Positions 38,527 through 51,949 of a DNA stretch of 64,000 nucleotides are shown in pieces (position 1 is the stretch's first letter; each line of letters starts with the position of its first letter). A program made the position numbers and the translations under genes. The stretch is from the human T2T-CHM13v2.0 reference genome, Homo sapiens: assembly GCF_009914755.1 (NCBI RefSeq), contig NC_060947.1. One strand, given 5' to 3'. Under the pieces are notes generated by a model. The model saw nothing but the letters and a program-made list of their open reading frames with translations. It was not told the DNA's origin and did not search any database.

Positions 38527-39536
38527 AGAAATACTTTCTGCTATATTGACTTTTCTCTTTACTAGCCTACTTAGTGAGATTTGAGTGTATTCACAATGAA
38601 GAATCTAGAGCAGTAGACCTGTGGGATATAATTTTAGGGGACTTTCATGTTTGTATAACCAGGTATTCCAGTTCTTTTCTCAAAAGTCAATCTAACAGAT
38701 AAATCATCTTCCAAAATGGTCATAGTCAGTAAACAAAAGACTTTCAAAACACCTTAATAACTACAATCACTTTCTAATATAAGGCAACATCATTTTGATC
38801 TCAAAAAGAAACTGTTGCGTTTTGTGACAGAAGGAGAAACTGGATACAGACTGATCTCTCTTAGATAACTGGAGAAATCCATCTGAAACTGTTAAGCCTC
38901 TAGAAGAAGATGACTTCTAATTCAGAAAGTTTCTTTTTTTCTTGCACTGCTCAAAGATTGGATTTGGATCATTTCGTTTTCTCCCCTGTTTAGTTTCTGT
39001 GATTAGGTCCACAGAGTTTAAGAGATATGAGTCATAAACTTTGAAACACAAAGACCTCTGATTCATCTAGAATTTGTTGAGTAGATGAGTCAGTATATTG
39101 ATTAACTTGAATGGCTACTGACACTTTTCCCTTTCATTACTAGTCATTCAGACACAGAATGGGTGGTGAGATACTTTTTCATACTTCTTTATCATCCGAT
39201 TTTGTTTTCTGTGGTTTGTTAGCTTTTTTTTCTTGGTTATCTATACAGAGATGAAAACTAAGCGATAAACAAAGGCATTGATTGCGACAGTGAGTTGAAT
39301 CACTTGGTCTTTAATTATGAACTACTTGGAGACTGTTAAAAATTCATGCAGGCTTGTATTCATAGTGGTACAGGTTTAAAAGTCATTAAGAAACAGCATG
39401 ACTGGGTTAGATAATTAATATTTGGCTTGAAAAATAAAAACATTGCAATTACGAACAGCACGACCCATGGTCAATTATCTATCACATTTTTCCCAAGTAA
39501 ATTCTAAAATCCAAATGAATTTATTATGAAATTAGC

Positions 39537-40510
39537 CATTCATTCATTCATTCATTCATTCATTCAGCAAACATTTATTATTTTTAACTACTGGGTGTCA
39601 GGAACTCTGCCAGAATCTGTCAAGGATCAGAGATGAAGAAAATCCCATTCCTACCCTCAAAGAGCTTATAATCTAACAAAGGAGTTAATACCTCTGCACA
39701 CAAAATGCCCTTTAATACAAGATACATGTAGAAAATGAGCAAAGAGGCATCAAAGTAATTCAAGAAGAGATATACTTTCAATGGGGGAATATAGGAAAAG
39801 CATCATAGAATACATAGAGTTCTGAAAAGTAATAGGGAACAGAGAAGGCATGATCAGAAAGTAAAATGTCATGAAACATAAGGTATATTCAGGGACTGAA
39901 ACTAAGATATTTTAACAACTACAAATGCATGACATAGGGCACTGCCTCTCGAACTCTATCATTTGTAAGAATCACTTGAAGATCTTGTTAAAATGCAGAG
40001 TATTTTTTGGTAGGTCTGGGGTGGGTTATGAGATTCTTCATTTTTAGCTAGCTCCCAAGTACTGCCCATTCTGTTGGTCCATGGACCACATTTTGAATGC
40101 CAAGGTCCTAGGGCACTGTACTAGAAGTCAAAGACTGAAGAGTGCTCACAGTCAACAGTGTGATACAGACAATAAGGGCAACAAGATCTTATAGGAAGGT
40201 GAAGTCAGTAAGCACTGGAGTTATTATAAAATGTTTCTTAGAAGAAGTAGAGCTAGAACTAAGATGTGAAAGTATAGAGGACTCACTCAGTCTAACATGT
40301 TGGAGAGGCAGAGATTCTAGGTAGGTAAAATATGGTGAGCAAATATGCAGAGGAATGCATATAGTCTGTCCGGGCAACAATAAGCAGACCAGTCTGGCTA
40401 GAGTGGAAGCTTTTTGGAGAGGATTAGTGGGTTACTATGCTAGAAGCATAGGGTTTAGACCAGATCATGGAGGTCCTTGAGAGTCAGACTAAGATGCTTC
40501 AAAATCAGCT
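39537..40510 (-). mobile_element. L2 3' fragments with (CATT)n tail, interrupted by a MER5A-like element (~39940-40105)
   Basis: (catt)7 then cagcaaacatttatt...; agaatcacttgaagatcttgttaaaatgcag...ggtccatggaccacattttg. Confidence 0.8.
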
Positions 40511-40894
40511 TGAATGCAGGCTTGGCATGATGGAGATACAATATTGAAAAGTCAACAACAACAACAACAAAAAACCCCACAAAACTACCATCCTGTTACT
40601 AAGCCATGTACCCATAGCACTGGACCTCCCTGAAAGGTGCACTTTAAAATTTTTGTGCAGAGCTGCCATATGGGTACCCGGCAAGTAGGGCTGGTAAAAT
40701 GAGTGCTTCACTTGTTGTGGCTTCCATAGAGAGTATATTTACTAATGTGTAGTACTACTGTATACCAGGAGGAAACATAAAGAATCAGAGATACTTAAAA
40801 AGCTAAAGATTAAGAGGATGGTCAGGTGGAAGACTGAGATTTGGAAGGCAATCATTTCAGCACTGGAGGATGGTAAAATTGCCCAGGAAGGAAG

Positions 40895-41082
40895 TCTGGA
40901 GCAAAAGTTCTTAACATTTTCTGCAGGGTCCTGGACTTCTTTGAAATTCAATTAAATTATGGCCCCTTTTACCCAAATGCATAAACAGATGTACACACAA
41001 ATACAATTTGGCATAAACTTACCAAGGTTTCCTGGAACCCTCAGAAGCTTTTCCATTTCTTCCTAAGATTAGAAACCTTGCT
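40895..41082. mobile_element. Non-autonomous hAT-Charlie-type fragment
   Basis: aaaagttcttaacatttt...ggtcctggacttctttg...ttagaaaccttg termini; subfamily uncertain. Confidence 0.5.
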
Positions 41083-43839
41083 TCTAAAGAGGAAAAAAAA
41101 AAAAAAAGTGAAGGACAAAGCCTTGGAAGAGGAAGCAGTGAAGAAAAACAAGGAGCCCTCAGGCAAGAGGAGAAACCATATATTTCTTGTAAGATTGCCT
41201 GAGCCAAGGAAAAAGAGTTTCTAGAAGGAAATGTCAACATTACAATAGGTCATAGTTCAATGAGGAAGAGCATGTTGGATCCAACCATGTTGGATCATAG
41301 TTGCTTGCAAAAGAGAATGTTGAGTAGCATGCTGAAAATATAAACCCTAAGTTCAGGAGTAAGTAGACAATGAAGAAGTGGAGTTGGAAAGAAAGAGGAT
41401 TATAAAAAGAGAGATAGTAGAAAAAATGAATAAGGTAGAGAGGAATTTTAGCATGAATGAGAAGAAAACTGAGGAAACTTGTGTCAGTAAATTAAGGTGT
41501 GAGGTTGTCAACTGAGGAGGGTTTGTAGAGTTGGAAGCTTGATGAAATGTTGGAATTGGCTGTCATAAACATAGGGAGTCCAGAAGGGATGAAATCAAGA
41601 TCTTCAATAAGTATTTGATATATTACTAATGATGAAATATATGAAGCTTTTGAGCTTACCATGTTTCTCTCTGCCATCGTTCCCCAAGGATTGGCCATTT
41701 ATATCTGCCATGGTCAACTGCAAGGCTAAATTCTTGAGGCAAAATGCTGGGCATATATGCTTCAAGTCATAATCTTCTCATGTTACTGAAAAGCTGTTTT
41801 CTGTAAACAACTTTCCAAGAGTTGTTACTTCACTCATCGGATGAAATTTCTCCCGTGAAGAGGCAGTGCTAACTGTATAGATCCACTGGACAGGCAGCCA
41901 TTGACAGTGAAATAAATTAAAAATTTCATTGAAATTAGTGTAAACACATGCATATGGGGAAGAATTTCATATTAAAATGTGAATGTAAATCATGAATATC
42001 AGATAGCCAATCAGCAAGAATTTGAAATATATAACAGTTATTGTCATACTACCCAGAGTAGTGATAGTCCAATTTGGAACATTTGAATAGAGGAAGATTT
42101 TAGTTTCCTCTGCTTCCTGGCAAGGGTCTAAAGGTCTTGCGAGGGAAGTTATATGGATGAAAAAGAATAAAGATTGATCCAGGGGAGCATGGCGAGACAC
42201 AAGCACATTTTGAAGGCAAAATATGTTGCTTGTGCCTGCCAAAATTGTGAATGGGTTTGTTAGATGGATTGAAATGTAACAACTATCTACACAGTAGGCA
42301 GTCCCAAAATCATCTGATTCACTTTTATCAGGTCTGATATATGGCACCCATTGAGATTACAGGTGTAAAGCTTGGTATGAACAGTAGCTTGTCAGAGAGG
42401 GCAGTTTCCCCTTTCTCCTTTTGAACTGGTGATTGCAGGAAGGAAGTGTTGCTGTTTTGATAATGGCACTGAATCTAGCCTTAGCAATTAAGGCTTCTAC
42501 CTATGGCAAAACTTACATTTAATTTTAATTCATAAATAGTTAGATTTTTGTGACTCCACATGAATTTTATCGACATTTGTCCACATTACAAAAATGCAAC
42601 ACCAGATGACACATTTTGGCACTGCATTTAATCTCCATTTGAAAGACAGAGAATTGTAATGGGGAGTTGGCAGCGGTGTGTATCTGCATTTCTAGCTGGT
42701 TGTAGCATTTTACTTCTCTTTGAAGCTCTAAAAGTCATCACTTCTCATAAGCTGCAAGAAAATGGCTGGACTCTCTGAGATGTCCATATTTTACCATTGT
42801 CAATTTATCTGGAAGCTGAGAACACACTAATCAGTCATCTATGGCATTCTTACAAAATAACTGAACTAGAGAGCTGTGAAATACAGGGTCACTGCCTACC
42901 AGCCACTCAGTTGCTCTGAATAATGTGCAGGCAACATCATCTCCATTGAAAACCATTTTCTAAAAACCTAATTGCCCTTCTGGGGTTATTCTAAGAAGAG
43001 AAGGGCATAGAACCCAAGCCTTTGAAGAGGAGGACATGAACTCTGAACCCTCAGAGGTCACAAATGTCGCACAGTGACAGTGGAGCACACCTATGGAGAG
43101 CAGGAGAAACATGCTCAGCCATGCATGACCATCCAGTCAAGCATATGGCAAGAGCAATTTTCCCATTTGACATCTTCTTCCTTTTGGGCATCTCACAATC
43201 AATCAACCACTATTTTTGAGGGCCTACTATGTGCAGGGCCTTATGCTTGTGTCTGTGGTGATCTACCAAACTGGCTGGATTCAGAAAGGACAGCACAGAG
43301 GCCTTTGCTATAACTTGTCCGCCTTTCACCAGGATTTCCAAGGTTTCTGAATAGTCAAGTATAGTTATGGGGGCAGGCTTAGTGTTTTCTTTAATTGAAA
43401 TACAAACATATAAAGGAAGCAGAATCTTCTCATTAAAAATTGAATATTAATGTTAAAACATTTTGTGTAGAACTAAGTTTTATGTGGAGCAAATTTTTGT
43501 TCTGAGGGCAAACTCCATGATACAGAATTTGAAGAGGAAGTTGGGAACTAACTTATCTGTGCTTGAAAAGTGCAGCAGAATACCAATTATGAAGAATTAG
43601 CTGCTATCCCCCCCCAACAAAAGGGACACATATTGTACTGCATTCTCATTCTGTTCTTTTCATTGACACGGGGAAAGGATACTACAACAGAAATGAAAAG
43701 GGAATGAGAGCCAAATTCATGGCTTGTGAATTTCACATGCTGAGATCTAGAATGTCTAGGCATGCGACCAGCCTGAATCAGCCTCCTCACCCACTCCCTT
43801 GGTATATACTCTCTGAGGGGCAATATAGTATCATCATCA

Positions 43840-43990
43840 AAGTGTGACCATCACAGACAGGCTGTATGAGTGAAAATCCCAACTCCACCACATGCTAGCT
43901 ATGTGACCTTGGGAAAGGCCCTTAACTTCTCGGTGCCTCCGTTATTCCACCTGCAAAAATAGTGCCAAAAGTAGTACCTACCTCACTGGC
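43840..43990 (+). mobile_element. MIR
   Basis: ctagctatgtgaccttgggaaaggcccttaacttctcggtgcctccg...ctgcaaaaat. Confidence 0.85.
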
Positions 43991-44097
43991 ACTATGCTTC
44001 CTGTACAGCCTGTATAACTATGAGCCAAATAAACCTCTTTTCTTCATAAATTAGGCAGCCTCAGGTATTCCTTTATAGCAACACAAATGGACTAACA
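43991..44097 (+). mobile_element. MST LTR 3' fragment
   Basis: tgcttcctgtacagcctg...gagccaaataaacctcttttc...tttatagcaacacaaatggactaaca. Confidence 0.85.
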
Positions 44098-44444
44098 TGG
44101 GAAGGGTTGGATTACAGGAACTGTAGGCAGGTTCTAGGGTTTCAATAACAGATGTGACTTGTGCCACACTTTGCAGGTAGTGGACTAGGCAGCAGTGAGC
44201 CTCAAAGACATCTCTCTTGAACCCAACATGGCTGAGCAGCTATAGATTTGAAATGGATGAGGATGTCCCTAGGTTGAAGATACAGAGGTAGCCTCTCAGC
44301 TTCTGTCAGTCCCAGAGCAGCAAGAAAGAGGAGCTGGATGGTTTCCCATACACCAGAGATGGAGTCCAGGACTGAGAAAGCCAGAATGGGGAGAGGGCCC
44401 ACAGAGGACAGTGAGAGTCAGAACAGTGACAACTTGTGTGGGTG

Positions 44445-44790
44445 TGCTATGGTTTGTATGTTTTTCACCTCCGAAACTCATGTTGAAATTTAATTGTCAT
44501 TGAAACAGTATTATGAGGTAGGACCATTAAGAGGTTATTAGTCTTTGATGGCTGCACCCTCATGTATGGGATTAATGCTGTTATACAAGGGCAAGTTCCA
44601 TTCCTTTTTTGTCTCTTCTTCTGCCTTCTGCCATGTGAAGATGCAGAAAGAAGGACCTCACCAGATCAGATGTCAGCACCTTGACCTTTGACTTCCAAGC
44701 CTCCATAACTGTGAGAGAATACATTTCTGTTCTTTATAAATTCCTCGGCCTCAGATATTCTGTTGTAACAAAACAAAACGTACTAAGGCA
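44445..44790 (+). mobile_element. MST (MSTB/C-like) solo LTR
   Basis: tgctatggtttgtatg...actcatgttgaaattt...aaacgtactaaggca; perfect TSD gggtg (44440-44444 / 44791-44795). Confidence 0.92.
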
Positions 44791-45039
44791 GGGTGCCAAC
44801 ATGAGAAGATGGAGCCTGCTGACGACCAGTACACTTGACCCTGGAACTCCAGAGGTAAGTGGAAAGAGAGAGCCCCTGACCTGACTGAGATGGTATGTCT
44901 TCCATCTAGCAAAGTGGAGACCACTAAAAAAGGAATTAAATTGATTTATCAAAAAAGAAGTCACAAATTTTACATACTTGTGTTTAAGGCCTGAGATTCA
45001 CGCCAAGGACTCATGTTTAGTTTTTTTTTTTTTTTTTTA

Positions 45040-45222
45040 ATAGTCACAACTATACTGTGCACTAGTTAATATTGTCCTCACTTTATAGATGGGGAATGTG
45101 AAGCTAAGGAAGACTAAGCAATTTATCTAAGGTCACAAGCCTAGCAAGTGACAGAGCTAGAATTCCAACCAGGTCTCTGGATATAAAGGCCATGCCTGAT
45201 CTTCCCACTCTGGCACTCTGCT
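45040..45222 (-). mobile_element. MIR
   Basis: ctcactttatagatgggg...tctaaggtcacaagcctagcaagtgacagagctagaattccaaccagg. Confidence 0.85.
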
Positions 45223-47528
45223 TCTCAAGAGCTTGGAGGGACTATGCAAGTCTAGATCTCAATAAAGCAGGACTAAGATGGTCTCTATCAAATGATATAA
45301 AGCACACTTTATATCTTCTCCTGAACCTCCTTCTCTGCCCACAACTTGAGCAGGTCCATTCCATGTGCTGAAATGAACCTCCTAGCCAGGGCAAACGCCT
45401 TAGCCTTGCCATACCTCCATCTCACCTTTAACTTGTGCCTTCTTGAATCTATCTTCTACTGATAATTTTCCATATTAAACCACATAAAATGATAACTCTC
45501 CAATTAATTTAAAAGATCTAGGATTGAACAGAAGAAATATTAAGCTAATACACAGATTTAGAATCAAAAGAAATCAGGTCCAATGTCAACCCTCATAATA
45601 AGAGACCATGCTAAAATAAACCATAGGAGGTACAGTGCAAGTATTGGAGGGCATGACTACATTGTTTTTTTCTTTTTTTTTTTTTGATAATAAAAAGGCA
45701 CCTGGTAGAGAGCCAATATTGGAGTCAAATTTACCTTATTTTCATGAATCTTTACACAACTATCTAAGCCACAGAACTTAAACACTTCATAGAAGCACAC
45801 ATGAGGTGCTTTTATTTGTAAAAATCTCCCCTACTTATGCAAAGAATATTGAATCTTATTTCCTTTCTATGTTTGGAATTCTGGCTAAGCTTATTTAAAT
45901 CTTTACTGACTTACCTTTAAGCAGTATCTGATTTGAATGCTTCCATTGCCTAATGCTAATATTACATTTTTCTTGATGCTTTTGGTTTCGCCTTACTTCT
46001 TAGTCGGGTATGTCATTTTTAGAAATAGATGATCATAGTCAAAATAATGCAACAAGGGGTAAATATACACAGAGAAATGTTATTTTGCATTTTCTATAGA
46101 TGATAAGACTATCCCAGGTATGCATGCACAGGACTAAGCAGGCATAATTTTCACCTTTTGAATATAGTATAATAAAGTCAATGCCTGATTATCTGTATGT
46201 ACTGTATTTTTTTTGTGAATTGTTTGCATTAATTTTAATGCCTCTATCAGCTTCCCACAACTCCATGCAACATTCCTCCAAATCAACTTCCCCCATTGAC
46301 TGGAATTATTTACATTTTCATTTGCTGAAAATACTGACTTATAAAACACAATTAGGAAAGTAGGCTTAATTAAAAGACAAAGTATTCTAAGCTAAGATAG
46401 AGAACACATCCAAAGCCAAACAAATGACTTAGGGTTTTTGGACTTCTTGAGTTATCTGTACTACAATGCCCCTCTCTTTTATGGGTCATTGAGAGTTGGC
46501 TGTAATTTCCATTTGGTGTTAAATCATGAACATATGAGTAGATATAAGCCAAGAAGCATGTACATCATCCATATGGAGCTGTTACAGAAAATACCCTGCT
46601 GATGCTGAAACAGTGAAAATAAGAAGCCAATCTTGCTGGAACAGTAAAAATAAATGTGAAGATCGTGAAGATAAAAGACCAGAGTATAGAAAAGTTGACC
46701 TTAATTTTCTTATTTTTTTCTATGCTACTCATTGTTCTATTTTTCAAATAAAAATTGCTGTTGAATACAGAGATTTGCATAAAATTCATGAAAAGTTGCA
46801 TGCTAGAGGGCAGGACAAGAGAGCTTTCCAGCATAAGTGCACATATTTGTATCTCTCAGAATAATTAGTCATAGCGAACCAAGCAAACTACGTTTTTACC
46901 GTGGTGAACATTGCAAACCATTATTCAGTTATCTGTGAAAACTTCAAATGCCCTTTTCAAACACTTTTTAAAAATAGAATAGTGAATCTGTGTATTTGAG
47001 AAAAATACAGATAAGAATATGCTATATACTATCCAAGTAACTTATTAAGTCTTAAAAGAATTTTTCTTGGAGACTAAGCATCATATTTTGTAAAATTATA
47101 CAGATTTAAAATGCAATAAGGTCATGTTTATCCTGCAGAAATTTGAAAACTGACATTGGTTTTAAACTTTGGTCAAATTTATTCTTGCTTTTTGACTGGG
47201 TCATTTTAGTAGTTCATTTAAAAATCATTCTAAGTAAAGTACAGTATTTGTTGTATTATTAAGGAGAATAAAGAGGAAAATCGAACAGTGAAATCTTTTT
47301 TATTTTTTCTATCATGGTTTTATTTGACTTTACATGGCTACATGGCTGAAATATCAAGGTTGGGTTATTTTTTGCATTATCTGTTTATCTTCCTTTTATA
47401 GATAAATAGCATTAGGATTTTGCTGTTGGCAAATCACCTCTTGCTTTTGATCATGATACAAGTTAACTCTCTAGCTTATGTCCAGCTAGAAAAAAAAAAA
47501 GGAAACTAGCATAAGAATGGCAAATGCC

Positions 47529-47850
<322 letters not shown>

Positions 47851-48029
47851 TTATTGACAGAAACAGTGGACCAAGACATTTGAAATCAGTTAATTCATCT
47901 GAAATAGTGGTCCCAGGTGGACCCAGATTTGAGACTTCAGTTCTATTTAGCACAACAGGGGTATAAACTAGTCAGAAATATATTATTTCAGAAACCTGAA
48001 CCACAAAGTGGTCCAGGAAACAGCCTGCA

Positions 48030-48230
48030 AAGGTGGAAAGAGCAATGGATGAAGACTCAGGAAACCTAAGGTCAAGTCCTACTACTTTCACTAAGAAACA
48101 GGGAGACTTTGGCCAAGTCATTTCCCCTCTCTGAGCCTATGATTCTCATCTGCAAAGTAAGAACAATAATATGTCTTCTGTTTTCTTGGGAGGATAAAAT
48201 CAAATCAAAGTTTTGCAAACAATAAAATGC
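48030..48230 (+). mobile_element. MIR
   Basis: gactttggccaagtcatttcccctctctgagcct...ctcatctgcaaagt. Confidence 0.85.
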
Positions 48231-49099
48231 CAGAGCTTTGTACTTCATTCTCAGTATTGAGAAAAAGTTTTGCTATTCTCCTATAAGAATTAACTATTGG
48301 TTGTTTATCTTTATGTCATGTGTAATATATAATTTGTTGTTGTTTAATAACTGTATAATGTTCCTATTCCACTAGGATGCCAGCTGGTATAGTTTACACT
48401 GAAGTCAAAACAGATAAATACAGAGATGAATCATATCAGAAAGAATAGTGGAAGCATTCGTAAGTGTTATATGTTAATGGTTATGCCCAAATCAGTTTCC
48501 ATACCCAGTATTTCCATTAGGAATTTATGAAAAGTGGTTTGATTTCTTTGAGCTTCTAAATTCTATTTCGATGCCTTGTTGTTCCCTAATCCTAATTCCC
48601 TAATTTTGAAAGCCTATAAACCATCAACAGTCTTTACAATTCATTGACTAGAATATGCAGAGGGCACTGTGGGTATTCTCAAGTGGTGGCACTCAAAAAG
48701 GAACCAGGTCATTATCTGTACTCATTTTTTTTTTCAGTGACACAATGTTGCAGTGACATTATCAGTCTCTTAATCACTCAGTCAGACAATGTCACCATCT
48801 CTAAGCACTAAGCAAGCAACAGAGCACTATAGTTACGTAGGCTGTGCCTTGCTTGCATACTCCCTACACTTCCGCTGAGTACCCCACACCATCTTTCCAA
48901 ATACACAAGTAGGGCTTTGTACCCCTTCCTTAAGCCAGAGGGTGTAAGTACAACAGAATGGTCAGAATGAGAAAAACTTTGAACTCCATATTTTGGTTAT
49001 AGTAAGTAGTCTTAAAGTGTCAATGACAATTATTGTCATTTAGAAAGCATTTGGACTACAAGTATTCTTGGATGTCTTTCCTAGAACTGCTAGTGGCAC

Positions 49100-49374
49100 C
49101 ACTTAACTATTTTGGAACCATTGGCATACACATTGTTGGCTGGAAAATTCAACAGCCATTTCCAACTCTCTTCTCCCTGCTTCCTACAGATGTTGGAAGG
49201 CTAGGTACTTATAGCTAGGTTTGGCCAGAATTTGTTTGAGACTTGGGGAAACTATTGTGGTTTCCTGATAACAAAGCACGTGTGTCTTCTCCTTTTCATT
49301 CTTCCTGCTAAATTGAAGACATAATGTCTGAAGCTATAGCAGCCTTCATGTGACCATAAGGTGATAAAACCTCA

Positions 49375-49416
<42 letters not shown>

Positions 49417-49610
49417 CCAAAGGCCAAAACTTTGAGTGTAGCAGAATAAAGAGATGGAAAGAGCCTGAATTCTTGAGGACACTGTTAAGCTGTTTGCTCA
49501 ACAATGAGACTGCCTTACTTCATACTTAACAGTGAATATCCTCATAGATTCAAACTATACTCATCATCCGGTATTAGTTACTTTCAACCTAAAGCTTTCC
49601 TAATGAATAT
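49100..49610 (+). mobile_element. Old MaLR LTR (MLT1K-like) containing a (CA)n
   Basis: atgtctgaagctatagcagccttcatgtgaccat...gatggaaagagcctgaattcttgaggacactgttaagc...ctaaagctttcctaatgaata. Confidence 0.65.
49376..49413. repeat. (CA)19 microsatellite
   Basis: Directly visible. Confidence 0.98.
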
Positions 49611-49999
49611 AAGAAGTATTCATAGGGAATATTGGCAGTTTTAGAAAGGTGAATAACATTTTTCCTTAGAAATGCCCATGTCATCCATCACTTAGATTGC
49701 AAAAGCAAAAGATTAATAAAGTATATACGAAGGAGGAGCCTGATAGTAGAATTTTTTTATTAGACATCATTTTCATATCAAAAATTTTGAATTGTCCATT
49801 GCTAATGGGAAGTCCTCTCACCTTAAATTTAAATTCTTATCTTTTAATCTCTATTGAATTATAGCAATATTTTTGTTATTTTCTACCCTCCATAAAAGGG
49901 AGTAAACTTAGTATCTACAATGTTGGGATAAAAGGCATCTTTAAATCTCTAAAAAAAAACATAAACAGACATCAAGTAGTAATTGTAGTACAGCAGCCT

Positions 50000-51930
50000 G
50001 CAACCTGCCTGCTAATGTAGCCTACAAAAATGACAAAAAAAGGAAAAAATGAATCAATATAAAAACCATGCCCTTATCATAGCTTAAGGACAGAGAATGC
50101 CCAAACTTCAAAGTAACTGTGAGTGAAAAGATAAAATTCACCTATTCCCAGAGTTTCATCTCTCGTGGTCCTGGCCCATGTCTGTCCTACTGTAAGGCTC
50201 TGTGGCCAGCAAAGGCAGACTGTAAACAAACAAACAAACAAAAAACCTCAGGGAAGACAAATGAGGGAAGCTAGGAAAATGTGCTAAGTTTATTTTAAAT
50301 CTACTTCCAGAAAGAGTAAGTCCACTTTAATCCCGAAAATACTAAAATAAAAAGTTTCTAGGAAGATGAGAACATGAACTATAAGGAGAGAACTTAAAAT
50401 TATACATAATTAAAAGGGGCACATATGGTTTAAAGGAGTCAAGCACTCTTTAAGCAGGCAGGCATGATGTAAAAGAGCAGGCATGATATGAAGGAATTGG
50501 CTTCAAAACACATAGCTTTGGCAGGGAGAAGAAAAGTAAGAAGGAAAGGAAAAGAAATATTTGACAATTGGGTAGTCAAAAGGAATACAAAGGCAAAGGG
50601 GGGAAATTTAGGGCCCTGCAAGACAAAAGAGAACCACATCATCTAAGCACTTACAACTCCCACATCACAGCCAAAGTACCTGGTCCTTTCTATACTGACA
50701 AAAGAAGATGGCATTTAATTTGCAGTCTTATAAAAATAACTCAGTACCATAAAAATGAACAAAAGAAAACTGAAGTTAACAAAGCTATGACAGAAAATTA
50801 GGAAACAAAATATCATATATATGAACTGAGGAACCCCCCCCCCCCGAAAAAAAACCTATGAATCATATAAAGAAGTAAGTCAACACACCAAATAGAATTA
50901 AATAAATTTAAACAAGCTTGTGAGGCTATAAAAAACTACCTTGAGTCAGAAAGTCAAACACTAAAAGTAGAAATGAACTAAACACTGGAAGAAGTAAGAG
51001 AGATGAGTAAACTCTGCAAATAAATGGAAGAAAAATACAAAATTATCTTATAAAAGAAGAATAAATTACAAGGGATCCAAGGGAGAAGGAATGGGTTGAA
51101 ATGAAAATGTAATAAGGGGCATTGAAAAAAAAATGCAATAAGGGGCAGAGAAAAAAAAGCAAAAAGATTAAAAGACCACAAAATATAAGTAAAAAACAGT
51201 CAAAAGGAAGGTAGTGGAAATGGAAGAGAGGTAAAGAAGGAATAATATTTCTATTATTGGAGTCCCTGGAGAAAAAATGCAGAAACACTGAAACAGGACT
51301 AATATTTAAAACTATGAAACAAATATCTTCCCAGAAATAGAAAAATGCCTGAGTTGACCCATGAGTACTTAGGGAAATTAACAGAATTTTCAACTCTAAA
51401 ACATGACCTGGTAACATGATTACATTTAAAAAATAAAAGTAAAATCTTCTAGGCCTCTAGGCAAAGCGATCGATTAACTTACAAAACAATTGGACTGGCA
51501 CAGAATTTTCATAATCAACATACAAGCAGAACAGCAATGAAGCAGCATTTTGAAAATAAAATGCTCAATGAAATAAAGTATAAACCAATAATTGTACATA
51601 TTAATACAATCAGGCTCTCCTTCAAGTTTCAAGACTAGAAAACCAGTTTTCAACATTCAATAATTTAAAGAATTTGATATTCATCACCTTGTTCTGTGGA
51701 ATACACTAGGGGATAAGTTTCATCCAATCAAGTTATGACTGTGAAACTTCTGCAAAAGAACATATGGTGACATATTAAAACTATAAAAGTACAGCTAAGA
51801 CAAAAAGTATGAGTGAGGGTGACATATACACACACAAAAATAATCTATTGTGATAAAGTGGAAATAATGTAACTAAAATTGAGAGGAGGAAGCGTGAAAG
51901 AAAAAATGTAAAGGTCACTGCTGTGTATTG
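50000..51930 (+). mobile_element. Very old L1 5' region/ORF1 remnant
   Basis: A-rich coiled-coil-like degraded ORF1 (tattggagtccctggaga...ttggactggcacagaattttc). Confidence 0.65.
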
Positions 51931-51949
51931 AAGAATACAAATTGATTTT

